This document shows positions 1 to 8,943 of a stretch of DNA of 64,000 nt, in pieces. Source of the DNA: a virus (lineage: Duplodnaviria > Caudoviricetes); the IMG/VR virus record IMGVR_UViG_3300033141_003854, positions 52 to 64,051 of that record. One strand, written 5' to 3'. Under the pieces are notes generated by a model. It had not been told where the DNA came from. It saw only the letters and a list, made by a program, of their open reading frames with translations, and ran no database searches. A program made the position numbers and the translations under genes. Numbering within the stretch: position 1 is the stretch's first letter; every line of letters starts with the position of its first letter.

Positions 1-63
1 TCTCTACTTTGAGATGGGGGAGTTGTTTTTACTTTAGGCATATTTACCTGCTCAGCAATTTAT
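1..63. repeat. Terminal direct repeat (circular assembly overlap), copy 1
   Basis: Bases 1-63 are identical to 63938-64000. Confidence 0.97.
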
Positions 64-76
64 TATGCATATTATA

Positions 77-1528
77 CTATAAGTGCAGAAAGCTAATATG
101 CCTCCACTGCTTAAAAGGCGCAATTATTTGCCTTGCGCCACTTACACTATCTATTTTATCATCATGTCGGCCTTCTGGGAAACCCGAAAGTTGATCTAAA
201 AAGGCTTCATTCCAGTTTCCCTGTACCAGGTAAAACTGACCATTGGCAGCCTCAGCAAACCAAGCATTAGCCCTCATAATTTTATCACCTTCTGGACGAT
301 GCCCTTCCACTTTCCATGATTTGCCAAGCTGTTCCTGAATATATATTTTCAGTTCTTCTACCTGATTTTTGCCTCCCGCGCCAGGCTCTTGCTCAACAAA
401 AACCCGTACATACGGCCCATCTCTTTCAGCAGTAGCTACAATCTGATCTTTAATATCTTTCCACTTCCAATAGCCACTTCTTTGATCTTCAATGTAAAAT
501 TCGTTTGGATCACCAGGAACCCAGGATAGGCGAGTTCCTACTGTTTCATCAGGATCGTTGCGCTTTCTACCCGAAATCTTTTTCTCTGACGCCGCCAAAT
601 CCCAATACCGGATGCGAGATTTTACTTGTTCAGGCCTTGACGGGACAACTTTACCTCTGAACCAGGCAGGATCACCAAGTACACCACCTTCTTCAACAAA
701 TTTACCTTCAACTTCCTGTAGGCGCAACCAGCCGGCGGGATAAGCTGCTAGCAGGGAAGCATAAAATCCTGGGTCAAGGTTTTCTTTGTTATCGAAAATA
801 GAACCGTAAAAGATTTCAACCAGACTGCGATCTTTTTCCTGTTCAGCAAATGCTTTGAATACTTCTTCTGGTATATCTTGCTTTTCAAAAAACTCGTATA
901 TCCAATGCTGTTTACCACGAGGCGTGGTTGTAATCCAGGCTTGCGGTTCTTCCCCAACACGTACTGATGCTATTGCGTATTTCCAAGATAATCCGTCACG
1001 ATCCCTACCAGCTTCGTCATACCAGAGCCAATTGATATTCGGCCCTCTGGCACTATCAGGGTCTTTCAAACCTTTACAAATTACTCTTACGCCGTTTACA
1101 AATGTGATGACAAAAGGCTGGTTTGGAAACCAATCCGGATTTGCCATGTATTTATAGCGCGGCACAACCATTTCCCAAGGTATCCACTCCCGAAACTCCG
1201 GCCAGGTGGATACTCGAAAATTGGAAAAATCGGGATTTAGCACCGCCCCGTTTTTACCTTCCGAGATTTTCTTTAGAGCTTTTTGCGCGCCGGCCGCAGT
1301 TTTCCCTGAACCTCTCGCCCCAATAAATGCAACAAATCTTGCATTTGAGCTGTAAAAATCTAGATGTGCATCTGTCGGATTATACTGATTGCCATCGTTT
1401 TTCGTAAAAAATCCCTGGCTGTCAGTAGGAAAAACGTGTTCAGATGGCAGCTTTATTTTTTGAGCCGGGTCTATGCCTCGCCTGCGCAGTTCATCGAGAA
1501 GTAATGCTAGTCGTTTTTGTTCATCCAT
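77..1528 (-). CDS. terL: Terminase large subunit
   Basis: Walker A GARGSGKT, Walker B WYDEAG, coupling motif TTTP, nuclease acidic motifs YWDLAAS and HDDKIDS; adjacent to portal. Confidence 0.95.
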   Translation of the reverse strand: MDEQKRLALLLDELRRRGIDPAQKIKLPSEHVFPTDSQGFFTKNDGNQYNPTDAHLDFYSSNARFVAFIGARGSGKTAAGAQKALKKISEGKNGAVLNPDFSNFRVSTWPEFREWIPWEMVVPRYKYMANPDWFPNQPFVITFVNGVRVICKGLKDPDSARGPNINWLWYDEAGRDRDGLSWKYAIASVRVGEEPQAWITTTPRGKQHWIYEFFEKQDIPEEVFKAFAEQEKDRSLVEIFYGSIFDNKENLDPGFYASLLAAYPAGWLRLQEVEGKFVEEGGVLGDPAWFRGKVVPSRPEQVKSRIRYWDLAASEKKISGRKRNDPDETVGTRLSWVPGDPNEFYIEDQRSGYWKWKDIKDQIVATAERDGPYVRVFVEQEPGAGGKNQVEELKIYIQEQLGKSWKVEGHRPEGDKIMRANAWFAEAANGQFYLVQGNWNEAFLDQLSGFPEGRHDDKIDSVSGARQIIAPFKQWRHISFLHL

Positions 1529-2048
1529 CTGTCACAGGCTCGATAGAAAGTGGTGATCTTGACACAAGCCGCTGGACTTCTTCCAACAAATCTTCATCTG
1601 TCATTTTCATCATTTTTTCGAGAGCCTGAGGTAGGCCACGGCTTTCTTTCTCAATTCTGACGCCTTCAACCAGCAAACGAATCGCAGAACTAACTGTCAA
1701 CCTATCAGCATTGTCTCTAAGCCATTCCAAAGCACTATGCTGCATAAAATTGCCGATTTCAGCATGACGCTGAAACATCTCAACTTTTTCAGCAATTGAG
1801 CGCTCCTCAAGTTCTTGAATTATCTGCTCATCAAGAACCCTAGCACGCTCTTCAAAATCTTCTTTTATCCAAGAGCCGAGTGTAGATTTTGCTGGCAGTT
1901 TATTACCAATTTCGTCTGTTTTTCCGCATAAAATATTATATAACCGGGTAGGTTCGGGTTTACCAGCATTGAACCAGATAAAAAATATCTGGGTTTTGAG
2001 ATGATCGTTATATCTGCCCTTGTTGTTAGGCTTTATTTTGATACTCAT
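1521..2048 (-). CDS. Probable terminase small subunit
   Basis: 175 aa, N-terminal HTH-like region plus coiled coil, overlaps terL start. Confidence 0.6.
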   Translation of the reverse strand: MSIKIKPNNKGRYNDHLKTQIFFIWFNAGKPEPTRLYNILCGKTDEIGNKLPAKSTLGSWIKEDFEERARVLDEQIIQELEERSIAEKVEMFQRHAEIGNFMQHSALEWLRDNADRLTVSSAIRLLVEGVRIEKESRGLPQALEKMMKMTDEDLLEEVQRLVSRSPLSIEPVTDG

Positions 2049-2283
2049 TCAGCCTCCTGGCACGAATACTCTTCAGGATTGGAGATGTAACTTTTGTGCT
2101 TAAATTGTGCGCCCAGGAATGATGTTCTCTGCATAATAACACCGTGTTATCTTCCGTCTGCCAGTTCAGATTTAGAGATTTTGGGTCTAATTCATGCACA
2201 TCCTTGGCGGGTTTTCTGCATACAATGCATTTCCCACGAAATTTGTCTCTAATCAAGGTTCGGAAATCGGTGTCCGTAGACAT
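2026..2283 (-). CDS. HNH endonuclease (packaging-associated)
   Basis: CIVC...DVHE...DNTVLLCREHH..AH; likely start MSTDTD at 2283 rather than 2547. Confidence 0.75.
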   Translation of the reverse strand: MSTDTDFRTLIRDKFRGKCIVCRKPAKDVHELDPKSLNLNWQTEDNTVLLCREHHSWAHNLSTKVTSPILKSIRARRLNEYQNKA

Positions 2284-2653
2284 AAGAATATTTCTGGAAA
2301 TTATTTTTGCGAATCCAGGCACGGTATGCATTATAGCCTGTCCAGACACGCATGGCCTTTTGTACCAAGAATTCATGCCAGCGAGTATCGTCTTCAGCAA
2401 ATTCATCACCCATCTCGATAAAAACTTTTCTGGCCTTCTCAGGGTGTTCACAAATCCAGCGAAGGGCTGCGGTCTGCACTCCCGGCTCGCTGAAAGGCTT
2501 ACCAGAGACGGGATTGATAATGCCTTCCTGCTCCATGCGCATAACAACTTTTCTCAGGCTACCCAATTCAACCCAGAGACGAAAACAAAGTTCATCGTCA
2601 ATTAATCGTTTCTTTCTGCCCATAATAGTCATGTTTTTATTTTCTCCTTGCAA
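2249..2653 (-). CDS. Hypothetical protein, possible HTH DNA-binding protein
   Basis: LGSLRKVV...INPVSGKPFSEPGVQTAA resembles an HTH; AAGGAG near the start; first gene of the packaging operon. Confidence 0.5.
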   Translation of the reverse strand: MQGENKNMTIMGRKKRLIDDELCFRLWVELGSLRKVVMRMEQEGIINPVSGKPFSEPGVQTAALRWICEHPEKARKVFIEMGDEFAEDDTRWHEFLVQKAMRVWTGYNAYRAWIRKNNFQKYSYVYGHRFPNLD

Positions 2654-2766
2654 GTAATTAATTAATATTCTAGGATCATAGTTATTAATTAAGACTGAGT
2701 TATTTTTTTTTAGAAAGAGTCTATTAATTAATAATATATTAAGATTAATAGATTCTATATTTTCTT

Positions 2767-2806
2767 TTTCTAGATAGAATTTTTTTAAAAAAATTCTATC
2801 TAGAAA
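2767..2806. repeat. Perfect 40-bp palindrome in AT-rich intergenic region
   Basis: TTTCTAGATAGAATTTTTTT|AAAAAAATTCTATCTAGAAA, no loop. Confidence 0.95.
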
Positions 2807-2885
2807 GTATATATATTAATATATTAATTAACAGATTCTTTGTATTTTTCCTTTCAAAAATCAAATTTTCAATCTCTCTGGTTGA

Positions 2886-2913
2886 ATTATACGCATCTTC
2901 TGACATTTGTCAA
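2886..2913 (-). promoter_or_regulatory. Sigma70-type promoter for the packaging operon
   Basis: Minus strand TTGACA-N16-TATAAT. Confidence 0.8.
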
Positions 2914-2950
2914 GGGCATATTAGAATTTGATTAATATTCTGATTAGGCA

Positions 2951-2979
2951 TTGACAAACTAGAAAATTGCTAGTAAAAT
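2951..2979 (+). promoter_or_regulatory. Sigma70-type promoter (divergent partner)
   Basis: TTGACA-N17-TAAAAT, 6 nt before ATG 2986 (possibly leaderless mRNA). Confidence 0.8.
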
Positions 2980-2985
2980 GCCTGC

Positions 2986-3261
2986 ATGGGTCATAGTTAT
3001 TACATGGGTCATAGTTATTCTACCACGAGTATGCTCTGGTATGATGGCAGTAAAGCATCCCTTGATGATAAAATCAAGGCTGCGATGACTTATTACCAGA
3101 GAAAACTCAACAAGTTACCGAGGTATTGCATCCTGAATAGCAAAATGCGGGAGGAAGGAGAGGTAAATATAGACAAAATAACTATTATTTATAGCAAATA
3201 TCCGCCGTATAAAGACTATTTTTTATTGGACTTTAGAAAGGATTTTACCAAATCTAAATAG
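2986..3261 (+). CDS. Hypothetical protein
   Basis: ORF directly after promoter; starts with an 18-bp tandem duplication (MGHSYY MGHSYS). Confidence 0.65.
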   Translation: MGHSYYMGHSYSTTSMLWYDGSKASLDDKIKAAMTYYQRKLNKLPRYCILNSKMREEGEVNIDKITIIYSKYPPYKDYFLLDFRKDFTKSK

Positions 3262-3294
3262 CGATCACATGCAAACAGGTTGATAGAACATTTT

Positions 3295-3386
3295 AGGGGT
3301 GGCGGGGCGTATATCGTCCTGGTAGGTGATGCTGTGCATCTGGAAAGCAGTGGTAACGGCCTGCCCACCCTTACTACACCACCCTA
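3295..3386 (+). ncRNA. Candidate multi-branch structured RNA
   Basis: GC-rich intergenic segment with five nested helices found by eye. Confidence 0.5.
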
Positions 3387-3399
3387 TGCAGACAGCTAG

Positions 3400-3636
3400 G
3401 TGATACCAATGGCGAATAAATATTTAGATGCTATTCAAAGAATACGTAAATGGTTGCCGCGCGATCCGCATTTGGTAGCTTATGAAGTGCGCGAATGGCC
3501 GGCGACAAAGGAATCCGGACTGGACGATCTTGCATGGTCAATGTGTCGCGATGGCTCGGTATCAATCAATGATACCAAGTATCTTTTAGATAAACTAGAA
3601 GCATACTTGTTGAGGGAAGATGTAGAAGATGAGTAA
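3400..3636 (+). CDS. Hypothetical protein
   Basis: ORF in a co-directional small-gene run. Confidence 0.6.
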   Translation: MIPMANKYLDAIQRIRKWLPRDPHLVAYEVREWPATKESGLDDLAWSMCRDGSVSINDTKYLLDKLEAYLLREDVEDE

Positions 3637-3793
3637 ATATTTTGATTTTACGTTTATGATTAGTGACATCAACAAAGATCAAGCAGCAGCCATTTTGGAA
3701 GTTGTAGTAAATATGGTTGAGGCTTTAGGGGGAACGTTAGGAGGCGGCTTTTTTGTTGAAAAGGATGAAGAAGATGGGGAAGAAACGTCTTGA
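3629..3793 (+). CDS. Small acidic hypothetical protein (54 aa, not in ORF track)
   Basis: MSKYFDFTFMISD...VEKDEEDGEETS; overlaps neighbours at both ends. Confidence 0.55.
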   Translation: MSKYFDFTFMISDINKDQAAAILEVVVNMVEALGGTLGGGFFVEKDEEDGEETS

Positions 3794-4010
3794 AAAGTGT
3801 CGAAGGGGAACTGATTTTGTCAATTATGCAGCCCGAAAGGGTGCTGAAATCAGGAATGGTAAAGGTTCTCACCATATCATCAAAACCGAGCTTGGCATGT
3901 GTGTAGTCCCTGTGCATAACAAGGATTTAGGCAAAGGCTTACGAACTAAGATTTTCAAGACTTTCGTCGCGATTGGCTTATCGATCTGGTTGTATATTTG
4001 GATATTTTGA
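3774..4010 (+). CDS. hicA: HicA-family protein with C-terminal hydrophobic tail
   Basis: GKGSH...VVPVHNKDLGKG HicA signature; tail FVAIGLSIWLYIWIF. Confidence 0.75.
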   Translation: MGKKRLEKCRRGTDFVNYAARKGAEIRNGKGSHHIIKTELGMCVVPVHNKDLGKGLRTKIFKTFVAIGLSIWLYIWIF

Positions 4011-4029
4011 ATATGTATAAGAGGATGAA

Positions 4030-4212
4030 ATGTTGACAACAGGCAAAACCTTTAGAAAAATTTTGGGGACAATTCTATTTTTATCGCCAGTTTGGGTTGT
4101 GATTGCGGCATTTGCTAAAGTCGGACTTTTGATTGAGCTAATTATAGTCTTTGGCATGGCTTTTTTAGTATTTCTGTGTATTCGTGTTGGCATGGATTTG
4201 TTGGAAATGTAG
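4030..4212 (+). CDS. Small two-TM membrane protein
   Basis: Two hydrophobic segments; GAGG RBS. Confidence 0.6.
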   Translation: MLTTGKTFRKILGTILFLSPVWVVIAAFAKVGLLIELIIVFGMAFLVFLCIRVGMDLLEM

Positions 4213-4638
4213 AATTTAGGATTAGAAAATGGGTGAGGCCTTATCCAACTACCTTTTTCAACCAAAAAACGCTTAGAATCGCTGTTTGATGCCGTAGAAA
4301 GGAAACTAGAGTGATTTTGTGGGTGACAGAACGATAGAATACGAACCGGATGCCATTTGTGACCAGTGCGGTCATAAAGGCGCATACGATTTTATGGGGG
4401 ATTATTTTTGCGCGAAGTGTGCCAGCAAACTTATGAAAGCGCACGAGCCGGATGTTATAAGAAAGGGTGTGAAAGATGACCGAAATGAATGATTATCAAT
4501 TGTGGCAGGAATACATAGAAGCACAAAAACGAGTGGATGAATTATACGAAGAGATAAAGAGGCGCGAGTTGCATAAAAAGCCAATTGTACAGTGGAGCAA
4601 ATTTGCATCCCGATCTGTGCGCGATAAAGAGGAACATC

Positions 4639-4821
4639 ATGACCGATAAATTATACGTTCGCGACGACAATGGAATATTGTGGACGTTCGACGGCTACCG
4701 CGTTTTTGTGGTTGGCACTGAGGATGTCCCTGGTAGTGGTTATTCCGCCGAAGATTGGGCTGAAGCCATAAAAAAGCTGAATGAATATGACTACATAACT
4801 GGCCCGAAAGAGAGTGAGTGA
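4639..4821 (+). CDS. Hypothetical protein
   Basis: MTDKLYVRDD... preceded by GAGG. Confidence 0.55.
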   Translation: MTDKLYVRDDNGILWTFDGYRVFVVGTEDVPGSGYSAEDWAEAIKKLNEYDYITGPKESE

Positions 4822-5021
4822 TGAGTAGTAAAGATTATCCACTACTGTATAAACTAACAACGAATTTAGTAAGCCAAATTAATGGATTGCCTGCTGACGA
4901 GTTGATGAAGCTCAAGGATGAATGTGATAAGGTCACGCAATCAAATTGCTGGTGGATATTATATCGTCTTGGGTCTGTTGTCCATGATATTGTAGATAAT
5001 TCATTAATAGACTGCGAATAA
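4818..5021 (+). CDS. Hypothetical protein
   Basis: Translationally coupled to the preceding ORF. Confidence 0.55.
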   Translation: MMSSKDYPLLYKLTTNLVSQINGLPADELMKLKDECDKVTQSNCWWILYRLGSVVHDIVDNSLIDCE

Positions 5022-5224
5022 GCAGGATGGCATGTATATGTGTTTACTAATCATAAGGGGAATATGTGACAATAACACCGTGTTATCTTATTTGCATTTT
5101 CAATAAAAGTGCAGTAGTTTTATATCAAAACTGGTACTTTCCTGATATAATTTGTCATGGTAGAATATTACAAATTCAGATGAAAATGACACGAAGACCA
5201 CTTCAAATATCTGGATGGTAATCA

Positions 5225-5482
5225 ATGGAACATGACATTCAAAACGCTATCTTCAAAGAAATTCAAGATGTTCTAAAAAACAATGGTTCAGTATCTCAAT
5301 CAACCAAGGATCGGCTTATATTGGCGTCCATCGCAGAATTGTACAGAATTGTGATGCCACTTAATGCTTATCTTCCCTGGCTCAAGGCCGCTAGAGGGCT
5401 TACAGTTACCCTGGCGGCTTTATTTATTGCCCTCATATTTTCAATCTTAACAGGACAGGTTCAGCTAGTATTTGGCAATTAA
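5225..5482 (+). CDS. Small membrane protein (possible holin-like)
   Basis: C-terminal TM helix TLAALFIALIFSILTG; TG-G-TAGAAT -10 at 5158-5166. Confidence 0.5.
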   Translation: MEHDIQNAIFKEIQDVLKNNGSVSQSTKDRLILASIAELYRIVMPLNAYLPWLKAARGLTVTLAALFIALIFSILTGQVQLVFGN

Positions 5483-6875
5483 AATGCAAAAAAGACTATC
5501 TGGGAATGAACTTTTAGACTCTTGGGAGGAAGCTAAGAGTCAAGGTCTTTCCGCAAGAAATTTTGCGAAAATGCATGGCTTTCCGACAGTAAAGTCTTTG
5601 GAAAGCGCGTTATACAGAGCTAGAGAAAAGAAAAAATCTTCTCCAGAAGAGCCGAAAATAATAGACGAAGTAGTAGATAATCACAGGTTTGTTACCTATT
5701 TGTCGCCAGAAATCCGGTCTTTAGAACAGCTTATTGATGTTTGTAAAATTGATACGAAGGTCTGGAATATTTACAAACACGTAATCAATAAATATCCTGG
5801 TTATGCTAAACTGAAACAGCAAGAAGTCTATTATGAAGATGGGCGCATTGTAAGCGGTTTTGTAAAGTCTGACGGAAAACTTACTGTTGTGCCGATGTTT
5901 CAAGTTAAGGCTTGGATGGTTTTGAGAGAACCAGAGCCGATCAAGCCCGTTATCAGGCCGATCAGTATTAAAGCCAAAATACCAAAAAGCAGACAAAAGA
6001 AGACTAAACCAAGAGGTAAAGCATTATTCTTACCAGATTTACATTTCGGCTTTCGTAGAGATGTTACCAGCGGCAAACTAATGCCTTTTCACGAACGCTC
6101 TGCATTAGACATTGTTTTACAAATAATGCAGAGCGATAGTTTTGATTATGTGATTTACTTGGGTGATGTGCTTGATTGGTCTTCATGGTCAGATAAGTTT
6201 GTAAGGAAGCCAGAGTTTGCCTTTACTACTCAGCCTGCTCTAAACGAATTTGGCTGGTGGATGCAGATATTCAGGCAATTACAGCCTAATGCAAAGCATG
6301 TTTTATTAGATTCAAACCACGAGCAAAGATTAGAACGGATGCTTATGGTTCATTTACAAGAGGCTTATGGACTGAAACCGGCATTGGGCTATAAAATTCA
6401 TCCCGTTATGAGCATACCAAACTTATTAGCTTTGGATCAATTAAGCATAAAATGGGTTCCTGGCTACGAAGATGGAAATGCACAGTATTGGATAAATGAT
6501 AATCTATACTCAGAGCATGGAAAAATTGCGAGGCAAAACCCTGGGGATACAGTACGCGAGATTGCCAAGTATGCGCCTGCAAATGTTGTGTTTGGGCATA
6601 TTCATAGAAACGAAAGTGCCACGTATACCAGAGACATGAGAGATGGATATAAAACTGTTTCAGCCGTTTGTCCTGGTTGTTTGTGTCGAGTAGATTATGT
6701 TGTACCAGGACATAGAAAAGGCCAGAACTGGCAACAGGGCTTTGCCGTGGCTGAGTATGATGGAGAATATGTAAACATTCAGACGTATGAGATTTTACAT
6801 GGGAAAACGATATATAATGGGAAAATTTATGTGGGAAAAGATCGAACCAAAGAGATTGAAAAGGCCGTTCTCTAA
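5472..6875 (+). CDS. Calcineurin-like metallophosphoesterase with N-terminal HTH-like region
   Basis: PDLH, GDVLD, SNHE, HG and GHIH motifs in canonical order. Confidence 0.88.
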   Translation: MAIKMQKRLSGNELLDSWEEAKSQGLSARNFAKMHGFPTVKSLESALYRAREKKKSSPEEPKIIDEVVDNHRFVTYLSPEIRSLEQLIDVCKIDTKVWNIYKHVINKYPGYAKLKQQEVYYEDGRIVSGFVKSDGKLTVVPMFQVKAWMVLREPEPIKPVIRPISIKAKIPKSRQKKTKPRGKALFLPDLHFGFRRDVTSGKLMPFHERSALDIVLQIMQSDSFDYVIYLGDVLDWSSWSDKFVRKPEFAFTTQPALNEFGWWMQIFRQLQPNAKHVLLDSNHEQRLERMLMVHLQEAYGLKPALGYKIHPVMSIPNLLALDQLSIKWVPGYEDGNAQYWINDNLYSEHGKIARQNPGDTVREIAKYAPANVVFGHIHRNESATYTRDMRDGYKTVSAVCPGCLCRVDYVVPGHRKGQNWQQGFAVAEYDGEYVNIQTYEILHGKTIYNGKIYVGKDRTKEIEKAVL

Positions 6876-6914
6876 TAAAGCTTTAATCTTTTTCATTCTA
6901 AAATATGCTAAAAT
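6872..6914 (+). promoter_or_regulatory. Direct-repeat class promoter
   Basis: CTAA-N7-TTAA-N22-TAAAAT with TG extension. Confidence 0.7.
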
Positions 6915-6934
6915 ATAGATAATTAATAGCTTAT

Positions 6935-7001
6935 GGAGCTAGTGGTGTAATTGGAAGCATAGGCGGCGGCCAGGAGTCAGTTCGAATCCGATCTAGCTCC
7001 A
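6935..7001 (+). tRNA. Degenerate tRNA-like RNA lacking a normal anticodon arm
   Basis: GGAGCTAG/CTAGCTCC stem, D-loop-like GTAATTGG, T-loop TTCGAAT; central arm only GGCGGCGGCC. Confidence 0.55.
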
Positions 7002-7091
7002 ACATGAACACAATAATAATCACTTAATGGAACTATAAAAGAAACCAGAGATGACCTATACTCCAATCAATGAGGAAGAAAAAATATAAAT

Positions 7092-7277
7092 ATGTTCATT
7101 GTCGTTGTTTTAGACCTAAATACTGAATCTTTTGATTACATTCTGACGGGGAGTTATTTCACGAATTATGCCGATGCCGTTCGTGCAGTTGAAACAGCTA
7201 AAAAGGAAGATGAACAGTGGGGGTGGAAACATAAATACAAAATTATACCTTTGATTGATCGGAGTAAGGAAAGGTGA
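7092..7277 (+). CDS. Hypothetical protein
   Basis: ORF in small-gene run. Confidence 0.55.
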   Translation: MFIVVVLDLNTESFDYILTGSYFTNYADAVRAVETAKKEDEQWGWKHKYKIIPLIDRSKER

Positions 7278-7298
7278 AGATAAAGGAGATCAATAAAA

Positions 7299-7553
7299 AT
7301 GGGCAGAAATTTGAAACATCAAGATAAAAACATTACAAACTATCACAACGATCATATTGCGTCTTGCCTTTGTTGTAAATATTTTTATGGCTCTCTAGGT
7401 GAACCCGGTTATTCAGAATGGACGCCTCCGTATCCGAGCTACATTGAGTGTAAAAAGGGTGAATTTGATTTTGGGCCGGGGGACGGGTTTTTTACGATGA
7501 TAAGTACCATTCATAATACTGCATTGCATTGTACTTTATATAGTCCCAAGTAG
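7299..7553 (+). CDS. Cys-rich hypothetical protein
   Basis: AAGGAG RBS; SCLCCKYF...GYSEWTP..C. Confidence 0.65.
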   Translation: MGRNLKHQDKNITNYHNDHIASCLCCKYFYGSLGEPGYSEWTPPYPSYIECKKGEFDFGPGDGFFTMISTIHNTALHCTLYSPK

Positions 7554-7574
7554 GACAGGAGGTAAATTATAGAG

Positions 7575-7730
7575 ATGGTGAAGACGCTATTACAATTTTT
7601 ATTGCCTCCTTTACTTGCTTTTTTCTTGTTGATGTCGGGTTATTTTAGTTCAAAGAAGGATTATGAAAAAGCCATTTTTTATGTGGTCTGGGCAACCTTT
7701 ATATTGATTCTTTTACGAGTCTATTTATAA
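7575..7730 (+). CDS. Two-TM microprotein, paralog A (51 aa, not in ORF track)
   Basis: MVKTLLQFLL...KDYEKAIFYVVWATFILILLRVYL. Confidence 0.7.
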   Translation: MVKTLLQFLLPPLLAFFLLMSGYFSSKKDYEKAIFYVVWATFILILLRVYL

Positions 7731-7742
7731 TGGAAAATATAG

Positions 7743-7958
7743 TTGTTTGAAATGAAGAAGATAAAAATGGACACAAAAAAAGTTGAAATTCGGTGTATTT
7801 ATTGTAAAAAGACTTCTAAGGAAAGCGGAAGAGCGATGTTTATGGTATACGCACCTGGACAATATTATCAATGTTATCCAGAACTTTGTGATGAGAATAA
7901 AGAAAAGTATCTGCCGTGGGGAGATAAGTTAGAGAAGGGGCCACAAAATGAACAATAA
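7743..7958 (+). CDS. Small Zn-finger-like hypothetical protein
   Basis: CIYC...CYPELC. Confidence 0.5.
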   Translation: MFEMKKIKMDTKKVEIRCIYCKKTSKESGRAMFMVYAPGQYYQCYPELCDENKEKYLPWGDKLEKGPQNEQ

Positions 7959-8212
7959 TGATATGGATTTTCTAAATTTTATGAATGTCTTGGGGCGAAT
8001 TGAAAACGCTCTATATAGGCTAATTAAACAGCAAGATCAAATAATTGAATTGTTGAAGAATCAAGTATCTGCTGGACACATTGATAAATTAGATTATTCC
8101 CAAGAAGATGAAAAATAAATGAAAATCATTTCCAATTTAGCTTGAAAGCATAAAAATAAACTTGAAATTTGCGAGATAGCACGGTGTTATTGAAAAATAA
8201 GGAGAAATTTAC

Positions 8213-8419
8213 ATGAAAATTTCAGATCGGACAGAAAATAAGGCAGAAGCCTATTATAATCAAGATACCGGCGAATGGACATTTGCTAGTCCGCCAACGT
8301 CTTGTAAGGAAGAATTTGAAATGCATGGCGGGACAATATTTTGGCTGATAGTTGGTTGGTTTATTATGCTCGTAGCAATTATTGGCGTAATTTCCTATCT
8401 GTGTGTGGGAGGATATTGA
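8213..8419 (+). CDS. Small membrane protein
   Basis: AAGGAG RBS; C-terminal TM helix. Confidence 0.6.
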   Translation: MKISDRTENKAEAYYNQDTGEWTFASPPTSCKEEFEMHGGTIFWLIVGWFIMLVAIIGVISYLCVGGY

Positions 8420-8420
8420 T

Positions 8421-8564
8421 ATGTTTCTAATTCGGCCATATTTACAATATATTTGGAATATTTTACAACAGGAGGACGATGAAGAAGAATTAGCAATCCT
8501 GCATGACATGGCGGATGCGGATTGTCGAGATGAAGGTGAACACGATGTGGCAGATGAAGAATAA
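8421..8564 (+). CDS. Very acidic 47-aa protein (not in ORF track)
   Basis: GGAGG RBS; MFLIRPYLQYIWNILQQEDDEEE...DVADEE. Confidence 0.6.
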   Translation: MFLIRPYLQYIWNILQQEDDEEELAILHDMADADCRDEGEHDVADEE

Positions 8565-8640
8565 ATGTTTAGCGCAAGTGCATTTTGTACTGCGATAATT
8601 ACTGATTTTGGGATTATTATAGTATAAGAAAGGATGGACG

Positions 8641-8940
8641 ATGGCGTATAAAACGAAAGAACAATGCCAAGAATCTGTCGGCCCAGGTTGGGCTGAGCTT
8701 GTTGCCTGTTGCTGGCATCTATGTCAGAGCGTGCAACCACCCATAGAGGTGATGGACGCGAAAGAGAAATTTGGTCGCCTGCGCGTCTGTGTGGGGTCTG
8801 CGCCTGTGCCCATCCTCAATATCCTGGATCAGATTGAGATTCTTTCAAGCGAAATCTGCGAACTTTGCGGAGCGCCGGGCAAAAAGCGCGCCGGCGGATG
8901 GATAAAAACACTGTGTGATGATTGCGCAGAAAGTCGATGA
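8641..8940 (+). CDS. Conserved phage hypothetical protein with C-terminal Zn ribbon
   Basis: GPGW...KEKFGRLR...CELCG...GWIKTLCDDC pattern. Confidence 0.75.
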   Translation: MAYKTKEQCQESVGPGWAELVACCWHLCQSVQPPIEVMDAKEKFGRLRVCVGSAPVPILNILDQIEILSSEICELCGAPGKKRAGGWIKTLCDDCAESR

Positions 8941-8943
8941 GAG

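Noticed and set aside
1-63. Biological direct terminal repeat
   Set aside because: The repeat overlaps the portal start codon and is cut by the window edge; an assembler circular overlap is more likely
2284-2547. N-terminal extension of the HNH ORF
   Set aside because: It overlaps the 2249-2653 gene in another frame; the HNH domain starts at ATG 2283
6935-7001. attP formed by a tRNA fragment
   Set aside because: No integrase recognised, and the element spans both tRNA ends rather than a 3' fragment
8905-8919. Extra copy of the ATAACAC-N-GTGTTAT palindrome (AAAACACTGTGTGAT)
   Set aside because: Mismatches in both arms, and explained by the conserved KTLCD peptide
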